NCBI GenBank assembly: GCA_011525845.1
Contig: WYBP01000015.1
Coordinates: 46,723-110,722, forward strand
DNA length: 64,000 nt
Reading direction: 5' to 3'
From: Gemmatimonadaceae bacterium
Lineage (GTDB): Bacteria > Gemmatimonadota > Gemmatimonadetes > Gemmatimonadales > Gemmatimonadaceae
The position numbers and the translations under genes are program-made. Numbering within the stretch: the first letter of the stretch is position 1; the number at the start of each line of letters is the position of its first letter. Shown piece after piece: positions 1 through 8,956 of the stretch. The notes below the pieces were generated by a model that worked only from the letters and a program-made list of their open reading frames with translations, did no database searches and was not told the DNA's origin.

Positions 1-2
1 TC

Positions 3-845
3 TGGTTCCCCGTGGTGGCGGACTTCAGCCATGACGTGCAGGGTCGCGTGAGGCTCGTGCTGCCCCCTGGGTACCGCGCGATCTCCAGCGGGTCGCAGAG
101 CATGCGCGGGGACACGCTCGAGATCGTGAACGCTCGGGCGCTCCCCGACTTCGCCTTCGCGGCCTCCCGTGCCCTGCGGACCACCGCGCAGGGGCGAGCG
201 CGCACGCATGATGCCGGCGCCTCGCCGGACCTGATCGCGCGGATGCTCGCGAGCGCGGCCCGGTGTTCGGACCACCTCAACGCGCGCTACGGTGCGCGCG
301 ACCCGATCCCGACGGCCGACCTCGTCGTGGCTCCGCGCAGCGGGCCCGGCTACGCACGACAGCGCTACGTGGTGATCTCGGTGGGAGACGGTGCGAAGTC
401 GAACCTGCCGGCGGATCCCGCAGGGCTCACCCATTTCGTCTGCCACGAGTTCTCGCACTACTGGAGCGTCGGGGCGAAGCCCTCAGGCCCGGACAACTGG
501 TTGAACGAGGGATTCGCAGAGTTCGTCGCCGGCCGTGCGGTACGTGCGATCCACGGCGAGGAGGCGTGGGCTGGGATCCTGGGCACCTGGCAGAAGGGTG
601 CCGTGGGACAGGGGCCGGTGTGGACGGCGTCGAGCACGGCTCGTCCGCCGGCGAACGTATCCTATCGAAAGGCGCCTGCGCTGCTGGCCGAGCTCGAGGC
701 GCGGGTCGGGAGTGAGAGGATGGATGCGCTGCTGGTGCGATTCATGACCGAGCCGCTGCGGACGACGCCCGTGGTGCTGGGGATGATCGACGAGGTCGTG
801 GAACCTGAGCACGGGGCGTGGTTTCGGGCAGAGCTCGCACGCTAG
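3..845 (+). CDS. M1/gluzincin-type zinc metallopeptidase, 5'-truncated by window edge
   Basis: HEFSH (HExxH) followed by WLNEGFAEF third-ligand motif; frame is open to the left edge. Confidence 0.85.
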   Translation, partial: WFPVVADFSHDVQGRVRLVLPPGYRAISSGSQSMRGDTLEIVNARALPDFAFAASRALRTTAQGRARTHDAGASPDLIARMLASAARCSDHLNARYGARDPIPTADLVVAPRSGPGYARQRYVVISVGDGAKSNLPADPAGLTHFVCHEFSHYWSVGAKPSGPDNWLNEGFAEFVAGRAVRAIHGEEAWAGILGTWQKGAVGQGPVWTASSTARPPANVSYRKAPALLAELEARVGSERMDALLVRFMTEPLRTTPVVLGMIDEVVEPEHGAWFRAELAR

Positions 846-916
846 CGCACGCTGCGCCACAGCTCCACCTTGAGGGGTCACGCGTTGAGCCACGCCACCC
901 CGCCGCACCGCCCCCC

Positions 917-1996
917 ATGCACCGCTCGTGCCTCCGCTGTGACCGGTCGCTCGGTGCCAACGATGAACTGCCGAATCTGGCGGTCGGCCGCCGCATCGCG
1001 TTCGACTCGAATCGCGGGCGTGTCTGGGTCGTCTGCCCCCACTGTCAGCAGTGGAACCTCGTGCCCCTCGACCGGCGCTGGGAGGTGCTTGAGGACTGCG
1101 AGCGGGTCGCCGCGACGGCCGAGAGCCGCGTCGATGGCCACGGGATCGGCATCGCGCGCACGGAACGTGGCCTGACGCTGCTGCTGGCGACCGGGGTCCC
1201 GGAGAGCGACATCGCGAACTCGCGGTACGGACACCGGCTCGAAGGCCGGCTGCGACTGGTGAAGTGGACGGCGGCAGCGCTCGTCCTCCTCACGATCGCT
1301 ATCGGCGTGCGCGTGGCCTTCGAGGGCGGCGCGCCGATCGCCGGCGTCTTCGCCGGCGGGTTCGTGGCGTTCTCATTCTGGCACCTCTGGAATCACCCAC
1401 CGCGTCCCTGGGTCCGTGTACCATCCGGGACGGCCGCACCACGGATCATCCCGGGCCACCGACTGAATGAGATCCGCTTCGACGGGAATCTCAAGACCGC
1501 ACCCGCGCTCGTGATTCCACGTTGGAAGTCGCAGGTACGGCTGGCCGGCGTCGACGCCGCGCGCTTCCTGGCGGCGCTCCTGCCCAAGGTGAACGGCGTG
1601 GAGTGCGCAGGCGCCTCCATCGAGGTCGCCCTCAAGAAGGTCGCCGCCGCCGAGCGTGGTACGCACCAACCGGCACACCAGCGCAAGCGATCGCGACGTG
1701 AGACGGCCGTGGAGGCGTCGCAGAAGTCGTCGGCGCGCCCGTGGGAGCGACTGGCCCGCCAGACCGCCGGGCGGCCGCTGCTCGAACTCGCGCCCGATGT
1801 CCGTCTGGCCCTCGAGATGGCGGTCACGGAGGAGATGGAGCAGCGCACGCTCGCGGGGGACGCCGTGGAGTCGGGGAAGCAGTGGGCCGACGAGGAGGAG
1901 ATCGGAGCGATCGCGGATGACCTCCTGGTACCCGACGAGGTGCGCGCGCGGCTCGGGGAGCTCACCGAGCGCAAGAAGAAGAGGCGCAAAGGGTGA
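917..1996 (+). CDS. Hypothetical Zn-ribbon (CxxC..CxxC) membrane protein, paralog of 56729-57739
   Basis: ATG at 917 (MHRSCLRC..CPHC) aligns with the start of the paralog; central hydrophobic hairpin; shared C-terminal LALEMA..EE..IADDLLVP. Confidence 0.8.
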   Translation: MHRSCLRCDRSLGANDELPNLAVGRRIAFDSNRGRVWVVCPHCQQWNLVPLDRRWEVLEDCERVAATAESRVDGHGIGIARTERGLTLLLATGVPESDIANSRYGHRLEGRLRLVKWTAAALVLLTIAIGVRVAFEGGAPIAGVFAGGFVAFSFWHLWNHPPRPWVRVPSGTAAPRIIPGHRLNEIRFDGNLKTAPALVIPRWKSQVRLAGVDAARFLAALLPKVNGVECAGASIEVALKKVAAAERGTHQPAHQRKRSRRETAVEASQKSSARPWERLARQTAGRPLLELAPDVRLALEMAVTEEMEQRTLAGDAVESGKQWADEEEIGAIADDLLVPDEVRARLGELTERKKKRRKG

Positions 1997-3138
1997 GCAG
2001 ACATGCGCGATGCGCCGCCCGCTTGTTCGCCCTGACGACCATGCTCGCTTGCGGCGGTGCGGAGGATGCGCGACCGGAGCCGCGTGCACCCGCGGCCGCG
2101 GCTGAATCCGAATCAGCGAGTGAGATCGCGAGCGCTGAGATGCGCACCCCAGAGGCAACCGAATCACCGGCAGATGCACCAGCGCCGACACGGGAACGCA
2201 TCCCGGCTCCGCGCCGTGCGTTCGCGGGTTCGCTCACCAGGCTCTGGGAGTCGGAGCCCTCCGACTATGACTCGCTGTTGATCCATCCCGTGGACGTCCT
2301 CTTCTCGCGGTACGGGCTGCTCGTGCTCGACATCGGCGACCGGCAGATCCGCGTGTTCGACGGCGCCACGGGGAGGTACCGGCGAACGGTCGGTCGCGAG
2401 GGTGGCGGGCCCGGTGAGTTCACGATCCCGCTCTCGCTCCTCGGTTCGTATGACCGACCCCTCGCGTTCGACACGCGGCAGCGCCGGTTGACCGTGCTGT
2501 TCGACAGCGGCGGGCAGCCGCACACCCTTCCCTTCCCGAAGGACCGGCGCTGGGTGAGCAGCTGTGCGCTGGACACGGTGCAGACGTTCGGATTCATCGC
2601 CTCGGACCCGGGTCCGGACTACTTCGTGGTCGAGGGGGAGCGCTTCGTGGACTCCACCTTCGCCCCCTGGGAGCGACTGCGCGGTGAGCACTTCATGGCG
2701 CGCCAGGGGTCGATCCGCCAGCTGGATGACAGCACGTGCGCGGTACTTCCCGTGTACCAGCCCGAGTTCGCCTTCTACGCACGGGGTCGGTACGTGCTCG
2801 GACGCACGATCGAGGAGCTTCCACCCGCGCGCGTCGAGGTCACCGAGAGCGCGGACGGGAGATCACGGCACGCGAGGTTCACCGCCGGCACGGTGGGGAG
2901 CTCGGATGCGCACGCCTGGCGGGACCAGGTGATCGTCCTCTTCGCCGGGAAGACGAAGCAGCGCAACCGGCTGCTCGACTTCTATCGCCGCACCGACCTC
3001 GCCTACACGGGCAGCATCGCCCTGCCCTTCGAGACGCACCGGTTCGCGGTCCGCGGGGACACGATCGCAGTCGCCGGGGTGCGGGACGACTATCCGGCGG
3101 TGGCGGTGTTCCTCATTCGAGCGACTAGCTTGCGGTGA
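1993..3138 (+). CDS. Lipoprotein, probable 6-bladed/NHL-like beta-propeller
   Basis: Lipobox TMLAC; VLDIGDRQIRVFD..GREGGGPGEF propeller-type motif; GTGA overlap with upstream gene. Confidence 0.7.
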   Translation: MSRHARCAARLFALTTMLACGGAEDARPEPRAPAAAAESESASEIASAEMRTPEATESPADAPAPTRERIPAPRRAFAGSLTRLWESEPSDYDSLLIHPVDVLFSRYGLLVLDIGDRQIRVFDGATGRYRRTVGREGGGPGEFTIPLSLLGSYDRPLAFDTRQRRLTVLFDSGGQPHTLPFPKDRRWVSSCALDTVQTFGFIASDPGPDYFVVEGERFVDSTFAPWERLRGEHFMARQGSIRQLDDSTCAVLPVYQPEFAFYARGRYVLGRTIEELPPARVEVTESADGRSRHARFTAGTVGSSDAHAWRDQVIVLFAGKTKQRNRLLDFYRRTDLAYTGSIALPFETHRFAVRGDTIAVAGVRDDYPAVAVFLIRATSLR

Positions 3139-3162
3139 ATCGCCACGCTGACCCGGATCCCA

Positions 3163-4371
3163 TTGCCTTCGTCCCTGCTCCACCGCCTGCGCGAGCACGT
3201 CTCGCTGATCCCGACTTACCTGAAGCGATTCGTCATCTCCATCATGGTCCTGTTCGCCGTCCTGGTGGCGTTCGGCCTGACCATCGGCGCCGACGCACAT
3301 CTCTTCGAGGACCGGCTCGCCTACCAGCTCGACGGCGAGGTGCACGTGTTCCTCGAGGATGGCCGCAACGTCGCCCACACCATCCGCGGCGACAACGAGC
3401 GTGGCTTCTCGGTGGACACCGCGCTCCTCGCGGACGACGATGACTCGCCGATCCGCGTCGTCTTCCCTGCGGACAGCAGCGCGTTCCAGGTGCAGGTCTC
3501 ACCGCACGCCGAGACACCGCCGAGCACGTACGATGATGGCGCGCCGATCATCGCCGTGTCCGACATCGAGAGCGGGTTCGGTGCGTTGCGGACCTTCCTC
3601 GTGGCGCACGAGGTCGCGGACAGCCTCATGAACTGGACGTTCGGGAACAGCCACCTGGTGCTCGTCGGCGACTTCGTCGACCGCGGGGCCTCCACCACGC
3701 AGGTGCTCTGGGCGATCCACAAGCTCGAACAGTCCGCGCGCTCGGCCGGCGGGCGCGTGCACTTCATCATCGGCAACCACGAGATCAAGAACCTGCAGGG
3801 CAACTTCCAGACGGCGGACGAGAAGTACTTCCACATCGCCGGGATCCTCGGGAAGCAGCAGCACGAGCTCTTCGCCGACGACGCGGTGCTGGGGCGCTGG
3901 CTCGCGTCGAAGAACGTGGTCGAGGTCATCAACGGCGTGGCCTTCGCCCACGGCGGGCTCCATCCGCGCCTGCGGGAGTTCGCGTCGTCGGCGGAGGAGA
4001 TCAACCAGGTGGTGCGGGCGGGATACCGGCTGCCCTGGTACACGCCGACGGCGGAGTCGAAGGAGTCGTTCCTCCGGTCGAGCAACACGGGGCCCGCCTG
4101 GTATCGCGGCTACTTCAAGGACGACCTGTCGCCCGCGCAAGTCGAGGACGGACTCCGCGTGGTCGGCGCGCGGGCGATCGTGGTGGGGCACACCCTCCAG
4201 GGGAAGGTGAATGCGCGCCATGATGGCCGCGTGTTCGCGATCGACGTCAGGCACCCGAAGGACTACTTGACGAGCTTCCCGATCCGTCGGAGCGAGGGGC
4301 TGCTCATCCGCGACGGCGAGTACTTCCGGTTGCTGCAGGACGGGGAGGTGCGACCCCTCCGCGCGCGGTAG
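3163..4371 (+). CDS. Calcineurin-like metallophosphoesterase (Shewanella-like phosphatase type) with N-terminal TM anchor
   Basis: SDIE, GDFVDRG, GNHE, HGG and VGHT motifs. Confidence 0.85.
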   Translation: MPSSLLHRLREHVSLIPTYLKRFVISIMVLFAVLVAFGLTIGADAHLFEDRLAYQLDGEVHVFLEDGRNVAHTIRGDNERGFSVDTALLADDDDSPIRVVFPADSSAFQVQVSPHAETPPSTYDDGAPIIAVSDIESGFGALRTFLVAHEVADSLMNWTFGNSHLVLVGDFVDRGASTTQVLWAIHKLEQSARSAGGRVHFIIGNHEIKNLQGNFQTADEKYFHIAGILGKQQHELFADDAVLGRWLASKNVVEVINGVAFAHGGLHPRLREFASSAEEINQVVRAGYRLPWYTPTAESKESFLRSSNTGPAWYRGYFKDDLSPAQVEDGLRVVGARAIVVGHTLQGKVNARHDGRVFAIDVRHPKDYLTSFPIRRSEGLLIRDGEYFRLLQDGEVRPLRAR

Positions 4372-4397
4372 CGCGCGGAGGGCAGTCGCCGCCCAGC

Positions 4398-5378
4398 CTA
4401 CTTCGGCGCGCCGAGCACCTCACGCTCGAGCCGCGCATAGCTCAGCTCCATGCCGCCGACCATGCCCGTGCCGAGCACCATGTCGCGCAGCTCACGGTTC
4501 GGGTAGGTCACCACCGCGGTGAGGAGCGTGCCGCCCGTCACCGGCGTGAGCGTCAGCACGTTCATCGTGCCCGGGCCTTCCATCCCGATCATCCGCTCCG
4601 TGGTCACGGCGCGGTGCGGCGCGTCGGACTCGAGCAGCTCCCCCTCGAACCCGAAGCGCTGCGAACCGTCCGCCTTCTCCCACTCGTAGCGGTAGGAGTC
4701 GCCGACCTTCCTGGCGACTTCGCACACGGGCATGGTCCACCCGTCGGGGCCGAGCATCCAGCGCTTCATCAGGGCGGCGTCATGATGCGCGCGCCAGACG
4801 TCGGCGACCGTGCCGCGGATGATGCGGCTGATGCGCACCTGCTTGTCGTTGAGGATCTTCGACTCCGTCGCGCGGCCCGCCGCGAAGGAGGCGAGGTCGG
4901 CGAGCACGGCGTCGATCTGACTCATCGCCGAGCGCAGGCCCTCCTCCATCCCCATCTTCAGCACCTGTTCCATCGACTCGAGGTTCGGGAAGTGGGTGAC
5001 GCTGGTGAAGCGCGAGCCCTTCCCGACCTTCTCGAAGTTGAAGACCATCCGCATGGTCGGCATCGCGTCGTTCGGGGTGCCGTCCTCGTTGGAGAAGCCG
5101 TCCTCCATCTCGAGCAGCCGGTGCGGCTCGACCTTGAGGAAGCGGAACCATCCGGAGGAACTCGCACCATCGGGGCCCGTCATCCGGTAGTGCGACTCCC
5201 CGCCGACGCACATGTCGTGACGGGTGAAGGTCGCCGGCCACTCGACCGGCCCCCAGAAGCGCTCGAGCTGGCGCGGGTCCGCGTACGCCTCCCAGAGGCG
5301 CTCCACCGGGACGGGATAGTCGGCGACGACGGTGATGGTGAGCGCGTGGGGATCGGAGGTGACGGAGGTGATCGGCAT
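4398..5378 (-). CDS. Tandem two-domain SRPBCC/AHSA1-like protein
   Basis: Two repeats of the VW.A..DP....W.GP pattern; start MPITSV at 5378 lies 2 nt after the ArsR stop. Confidence 0.85.
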   Translation of the reverse strand: MPITSVTSDPHALTITVVADYPVPVERLWEAYADPRQLERFWGPVEWPATFTRHDMCVGGESHYRMTGPDGASSSGWFRFLKVEPHRLLEMEDGFSNEDGTPNDAMPTMRMVFNFEKVGKGSRFTSVTHFPNLESMEQVLKMGMEEGLRSAMSQIDAVLADLASFAAGRATESKILNDKQVRISRIIRGTVADVWRAHHDAALMKRWMLGPDGWTMPVCEVARKVGDSYRYEWEKADGSQRFGFEGELLESDAPHRAVTTERMIGMEGPGTMNVLTLTPVTGGTLLTAVVTYPNRELRDMVLGTGMVGGMELSYARLEREVLGAPK

Positions 5379-5380
5379 GG

Positions 5381-5746
5381 CTAGGACTTCTCCTTGGGGG
5401 TTCGGGGCTCGGCGAGCACGGCGTCGAGCTGGCTGAAGCGGGCCCTCCAGAGGCCCTCGAGCCGGGCGAGCAGCGCGCGCGCCTGCGCCAGTCGCTCGGG
5501 GTTGCCGCGCACGATGCGCTCGCGGCCCTTCGGCTGCTTGGTCACGAGTCCCGCCTCCTCGAGCACGGCGACGTGCTTCTGCACCGCGGCGAAGGACATC
5601 TCGTACCGCGCGGCGATGGTCGAGACGGACGCGGGCTCGGCGCCCTTCGCGAGCAGCCGCGCGACGATATCGCGCCGCGTGGTGTCGGCGAGTGCGCGGA
5701 AGAGGCGGTCGAGGTCCGCGTCGGAGAGGTGGGCATGTGCAACCAT
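5381..5746 (-). CDS. ArsR/SmtB-family HTH regulator
   Basis: LFRALADTTRRDIV..MSFAAVQKHVAVLEEAGLV; directly upstream of an SRPBCC gene. Confidence 0.9.
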   Translation of the reverse strand: MVAHAHLSDADLDRLFRALADTTRRDIVARLLAKGAEPASVSTIAARYEMSFAAVQKHVAVLEEAGLVTKQPKGRERIVRGNPERLAQARALLARLEGLWRARFSQLDAVLAEPRTPKEKS

Positions 5747-5756
5747 TCGGTTGTAC
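5737..5756. promoter_or_regulatory. Palindromic candidate ArsR operator overlapping the regulator start codon
   Basis: GTG-CAACC-ATTC-GGTTG-TAC; 7 of 8 arm positions pair. Confidence 0.55.
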
Positions 5757-5883
5757 GTTATCAGTGAGGCTCGCTCCCCGCAAGGCCCTACCGATCCGAA
5801 GAGGGGGCGACTCGGGGCGCCGACGCCGGAGGGTTGGCGCGGTGGGGCTTGCGGCGACGGGGAGCTTGGGGAGAACATCGAGC

Positions 5884-7215
5884 ATGGTCGCCCGTCGCGC
5901 ACTCGTCATCCTGCTGCTCGGCGCCTCCATGGGCTGCGACCCATCAGCCCGGCGCGCGACCGCACCGACCGCCGTCGTCATCCGCGACGTCACGCTGGTG
6001 GACGTCGTCGCGGGGACCCTGCGCCCGCACATGACCGTGGTCGTCGTCGGCACGCGGATCACCGACGTGGGCCCGGCGACCGGGATCCGCGCGCCGCGTG
6101 GTGCGCGTGTCATCGAAGGGAGCGGCCGGTTCCTGATCCCGGGGCTCTGGGACATGCACAGCCACTCCCTCTGGAGCGCGGAGGCGATGCAGTCCTTCCT
6201 CCCGCTCTATGTGGCGCATGGCGTCACGGGGATCCGCGACATGGGTGGCCGGATGTCCTTCCTCGCGGCGTACCGCGATTCGCTCCGACGGGGCGATCCG
6301 CCCTGGCCGCGGGTGATCGCCGCGGGCGAGGTGATCGACGGACCCGAGCCGGTGCAGGCGGACATCTCGATCGCCGTCCCCGACGCGGCGAGCGCGACGG
6401 CCGCCGTCGACTCGCTCGCGCGCGGCGGCGCGGACTTCATCAAGGTCTACACGATGCTCTCGCGTGAGGCCTACGATGCGGTCCTCGCCGCCGCCTCGCG
6501 CGCGGGACTCGCCGTGGCTGGGCACGTGCCGGCCGACGTCACGCCCGAGGAGGCGGCGCGCGCGGGCCAGCGCAGCATCGAGCACCTCAGGGACGAGATC
6601 GAGCCCTTCTGCTCGCCGCGCGCCGCCGAGGCGTGCGCGCGTCTCGCCGAGACGTTCCGCGCGGAGCGCACCTGGCAGGTGCCGACGCTGCTCGTGCTGC
6701 GCAACAAGGCGTTCTTCGACGACTCCGCGCTTGCGAGGGACCCACGGCTCCGGCGGCTGCCGGCGGAGCTGCGGGAGGAATGGCTGGCCGAGCGCGAAGC
6801 CAAGCTCCGGAGAGGAAGCGCGTACGCGGCGTCCAAGCGCGCGCGCTACGCGGACGAACAGTGGTTGGTCGGGTTCCTCGCCCGTGCACAGGTGCCGTTG
6901 CTCGCCGGGACCGATGCGGGGGTCGCGTTCTCCTTCCCCGGTTCCAGTCTCCACGACGAGTTGGCGCTGCTGGTGGACGCGGGACTGACGCCGCTCGAGG
7001 CGCTGCGCGCGGCCACGCTCGCCCCCGCGGAGTACCTCGCGGCGCGCGATTCGATGGGAGCGGTCGCGCCCGGACAGGTCGCCGACCTGGTGCTATTGCG
7101 GAACGACCCGCTCACGAGGATCGGCGCCACGCGGGAGATCGAGGCCGTGCTGCTGCGCGGCCGCGTCCTCGAGCGGCGGGACCTGGACCTCCTCGACCCT
7201 CCAGGCGCTACCTGA
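5884..7215 (+). CDS. Amidohydrolase-family lipoprotein
   Basis: Signal/lipobox LLLGASMGC; PGLWDMHSH, GHV, SIEH and GTDAG metal-site motifs. Confidence 0.88.
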   Translation: MVARRALVILLLGASMGCDPSARRATAPTAVVIRDVTLVDVVAGTLRPHMTVVVVGTRITDVGPATGIRAPRGARVIEGSGRFLIPGLWDMHSHSLWSAEAMQSFLPLYVAHGVTGIRDMGGRMSFLAAYRDSLRRGDPPWPRVIAAGEVIDGPEPVQADISIAVPDAASATAAVDSLARGGADFIKVYTMLSREAYDAVLAAASRAGLAVAGHVPADVTPEEAARAGQRSIEHLRDEIEPFCSPRAAEACARLAETFRAERTWQVPTLLVLRNKAFFDDSALARDPRLRRLPAELREEWLAEREAKLRRGSAYAASKRARYADEQWLVGFLARAQVPLLAGTDAGVAFSFPGSSLHDELALLVDAGLTPLEALRAATLAPAEYLAARDSMGAVAPGQVADLVLLRNDPLTRIGATREIEAVLLRGRVLERRDLDLLDPPGAT

Positions 7216-7696
7216 GCGCGAGCACGCACGCCACGAGCTGGTCCACCGCGATCTCCGTGCCCTGGTAGAACCCCGACTCCATGTTCGTGCGGCAGTCCTC
7301 CTCGCTGCGATGCAGCGCCGTGAACAGGTAGCGGGTGCCCTTCCCCGCGGCATCCATCGTGACGATCGCCGTGATCGGGATGTCGTCGAAGGTCGCCGGC
7401 CGGTAGCCCGGGAAGAGCATCGAGGTCCAGGCGAGCCGCTGCAGCGGGACGACGTCGAGGAAGCAGCCGAGGTTGGGGATCTCCGGCCCATCGCCGACGG
7501 CGATGTCGATGCTGAAGATGCCCCCCGGCCGCACGTCGAGCTCGGCGCGCGCCACACGCCCCCAGGCCTTGGGCATGTACCACTCCTTCAGGTGCTCCGG
7601 CTTGGTGAGCGCCTCCCAGACGAGGCGCGGGGGCGCGTCGATGGTCCGCTCGATGCGGAAGTCCCGCTTGGGATCGAACGCGAAGTGCTGGCTCAT
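7208..7696 (-). CDS. SRPBCC/AHSA1-like protein
   Basis: IERTIDAPPRLVWEALTKPEHLKEW; start MSQHFAFDP at 7696. Confidence 0.88.
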   Translation of the reverse strand: MSQHFAFDPKRDFRIERTIDAPPRLVWEALTKPEHLKEWYMPKAWGRVARAELDVRPGGIFSIDIAVGDGPEIPNLGCFLDVVPLQRLAWTSMLFPGYRPATFDDIPITAIVTMDAAGKGTRYLFTALHRSEEDCRTNMESGFYQGTEIAVDQLVACVLALR

Positions 7697-7758
7697 CGGT
7701 GGGACTCCTGCTCCTTGAGGTGTTCGACGTACCGGTCGAAGCGGTCGAGCCGGGCCTC
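7693..7758 (-). pseudogene. 3' remnant of an ArsR-type regulator gene
   Basis: Minus frame reads EARLDRFDRYVEHLKEQESHR*, with its TGA overlapping the SRPBCC ATG (ATGA); no HTH-coding 5' part is present. Confidence 0.55.
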
Positions 7759-7778
7759 CGGGGCGCGGCGGCGGGAGG

Positions 7779-8825
7779 TCAGCGAGGAGCCCCGACGAGC
7801 ACCGGCTGCGTCCACGCCTTCGCGCCATTCGACTCCAGCACCGTGGCGCGCACGTACCCCTCGCCCCCCGCGATGCGGTACGTCGCGGGGTTGGTGGTCA
7901 CCTCGCCGAGCAGCTTGCCGTCCTTCCCGGTGAAGCGCACGCGGTACTTGCTGAACGCGGTGGTCCGGATGTCGAGCGTGATCTCCGAGGGGGTCACCCG
8001 GTAGTCGCGCAACTCGACCCCCGTGGACGCGTAGAACTCACCGCGCTCGATCGCCGCGAGGATCGCCGCCGGGGTGAGCGTGTCCGCGCGCACGACGATC
8101 CACCCCTGCCCCGGGCGTGCGGCGGTCGGGTCCTCCGGCCGCTTGAAGTGGTGCGCGTCGTCCGTGGCCAGGCCGTAGAGCAGCTTGCCGCTGGAGAGGA
8201 TCTGGTCCCACGCCTCCTCGAGCCCCGCGACCCCGCCGCCACCCAGGTTGTTCACCATCGGGTGCCCGTTGAAGACCTCGAAGAGCGAGAGCTCGGCGAC
8301 CTGCCGGAGCTCGTCGGCGCTCACGGCCCAGCCGAAGTTCGGGTGGTTGAGGTGGGGCACCGCCTCCGCCGCGCGGATGGCCCGCGCGTTGCGCCGCATC
8401 ACGTCGACGACGCTGGTACCTCCCTGCGGCTCCACGAGGCGCGACGGGCCGAGCGCATTCATGTGGATCGGCGCTTCGCCGAAGCGGTCGGTCACCTCCT
8501 CGCCGCGGATGACGAGGAAGCGCTGGTCGAGCCCGTGCAGCGCATTCAGCGCCTCGACGCTCGTGAGGACGTTGTGGTCCGTGAGCACGAGGAAGGCGTA
8601 GCCGCGCTCCTTGTACCACTTCACGACGTCGTCGGGGTGCGAGTCGCCGTCGCTGTTGATCGTGTGGGTGTGGGTGTTCCCCTTGTACCAGCGGGGGTCG
8701 GCCTGGGCGCGGTCCACGTGCGGGCCGGCGAAGGCGAGGGCGGCCGTCGCGAGGACGATGAGCAGGGCGAGCGCGGGGAGGCGACGCACGAGGGGGTGGG
8801 TCGGGGTGGTGGGAGGCGGGAACAT
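7779..8825 (-). CDS. Secreted PHP-domain (CehA/McbA-like) metallohydrolase
   Basis: Signal peptide; WYKGNTHTHTINSDG, TDHN, HMN, NHP and TDDAH motifs. Confidence 0.85.
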   Translation of the reverse strand: MFPPPTTPTHPLVRRLPALALLIVLATAALAFAGPHVDRAQADPRWYKGNTHTHTINSDGDSHPDDVVKWYKERGYAFLVLTDHNVLTSVEALNALHGLDQRFLVIRGEEVTDRFGEAPIHMNALGPSRLVEPQGGTSVVDVMRRNARAIRAAEAVPHLNHPNFGWAVSADELRQVAELSLFEVFNGHPMVNNLGGGGVAGLEEAWDQILSSGKLLYGLATDDAHHFKRPEDPTAARPGQGWIVVRADTLTPAAILAAIERGEFYASTGVELRDYRVTPSEITLDIRTTAFSKYRVRFTGKDGKLLGEVTTNPATYRIAGGEGYVRATVLESNGAKAWTQPVLVGAPR

Positions 8826-8956
8826 CGTGCGGACCCGAGCGGAGGGCAAGGCACACCGGTCCTCCAGGGAAGCGCGGGTCGACGCAATGGCGCGACCCGC
8901 GCCCGCTCGCCATTCTTGAGCGCCCACGCTCGACCGCCCCGTCCCGTCCTCGCCGC

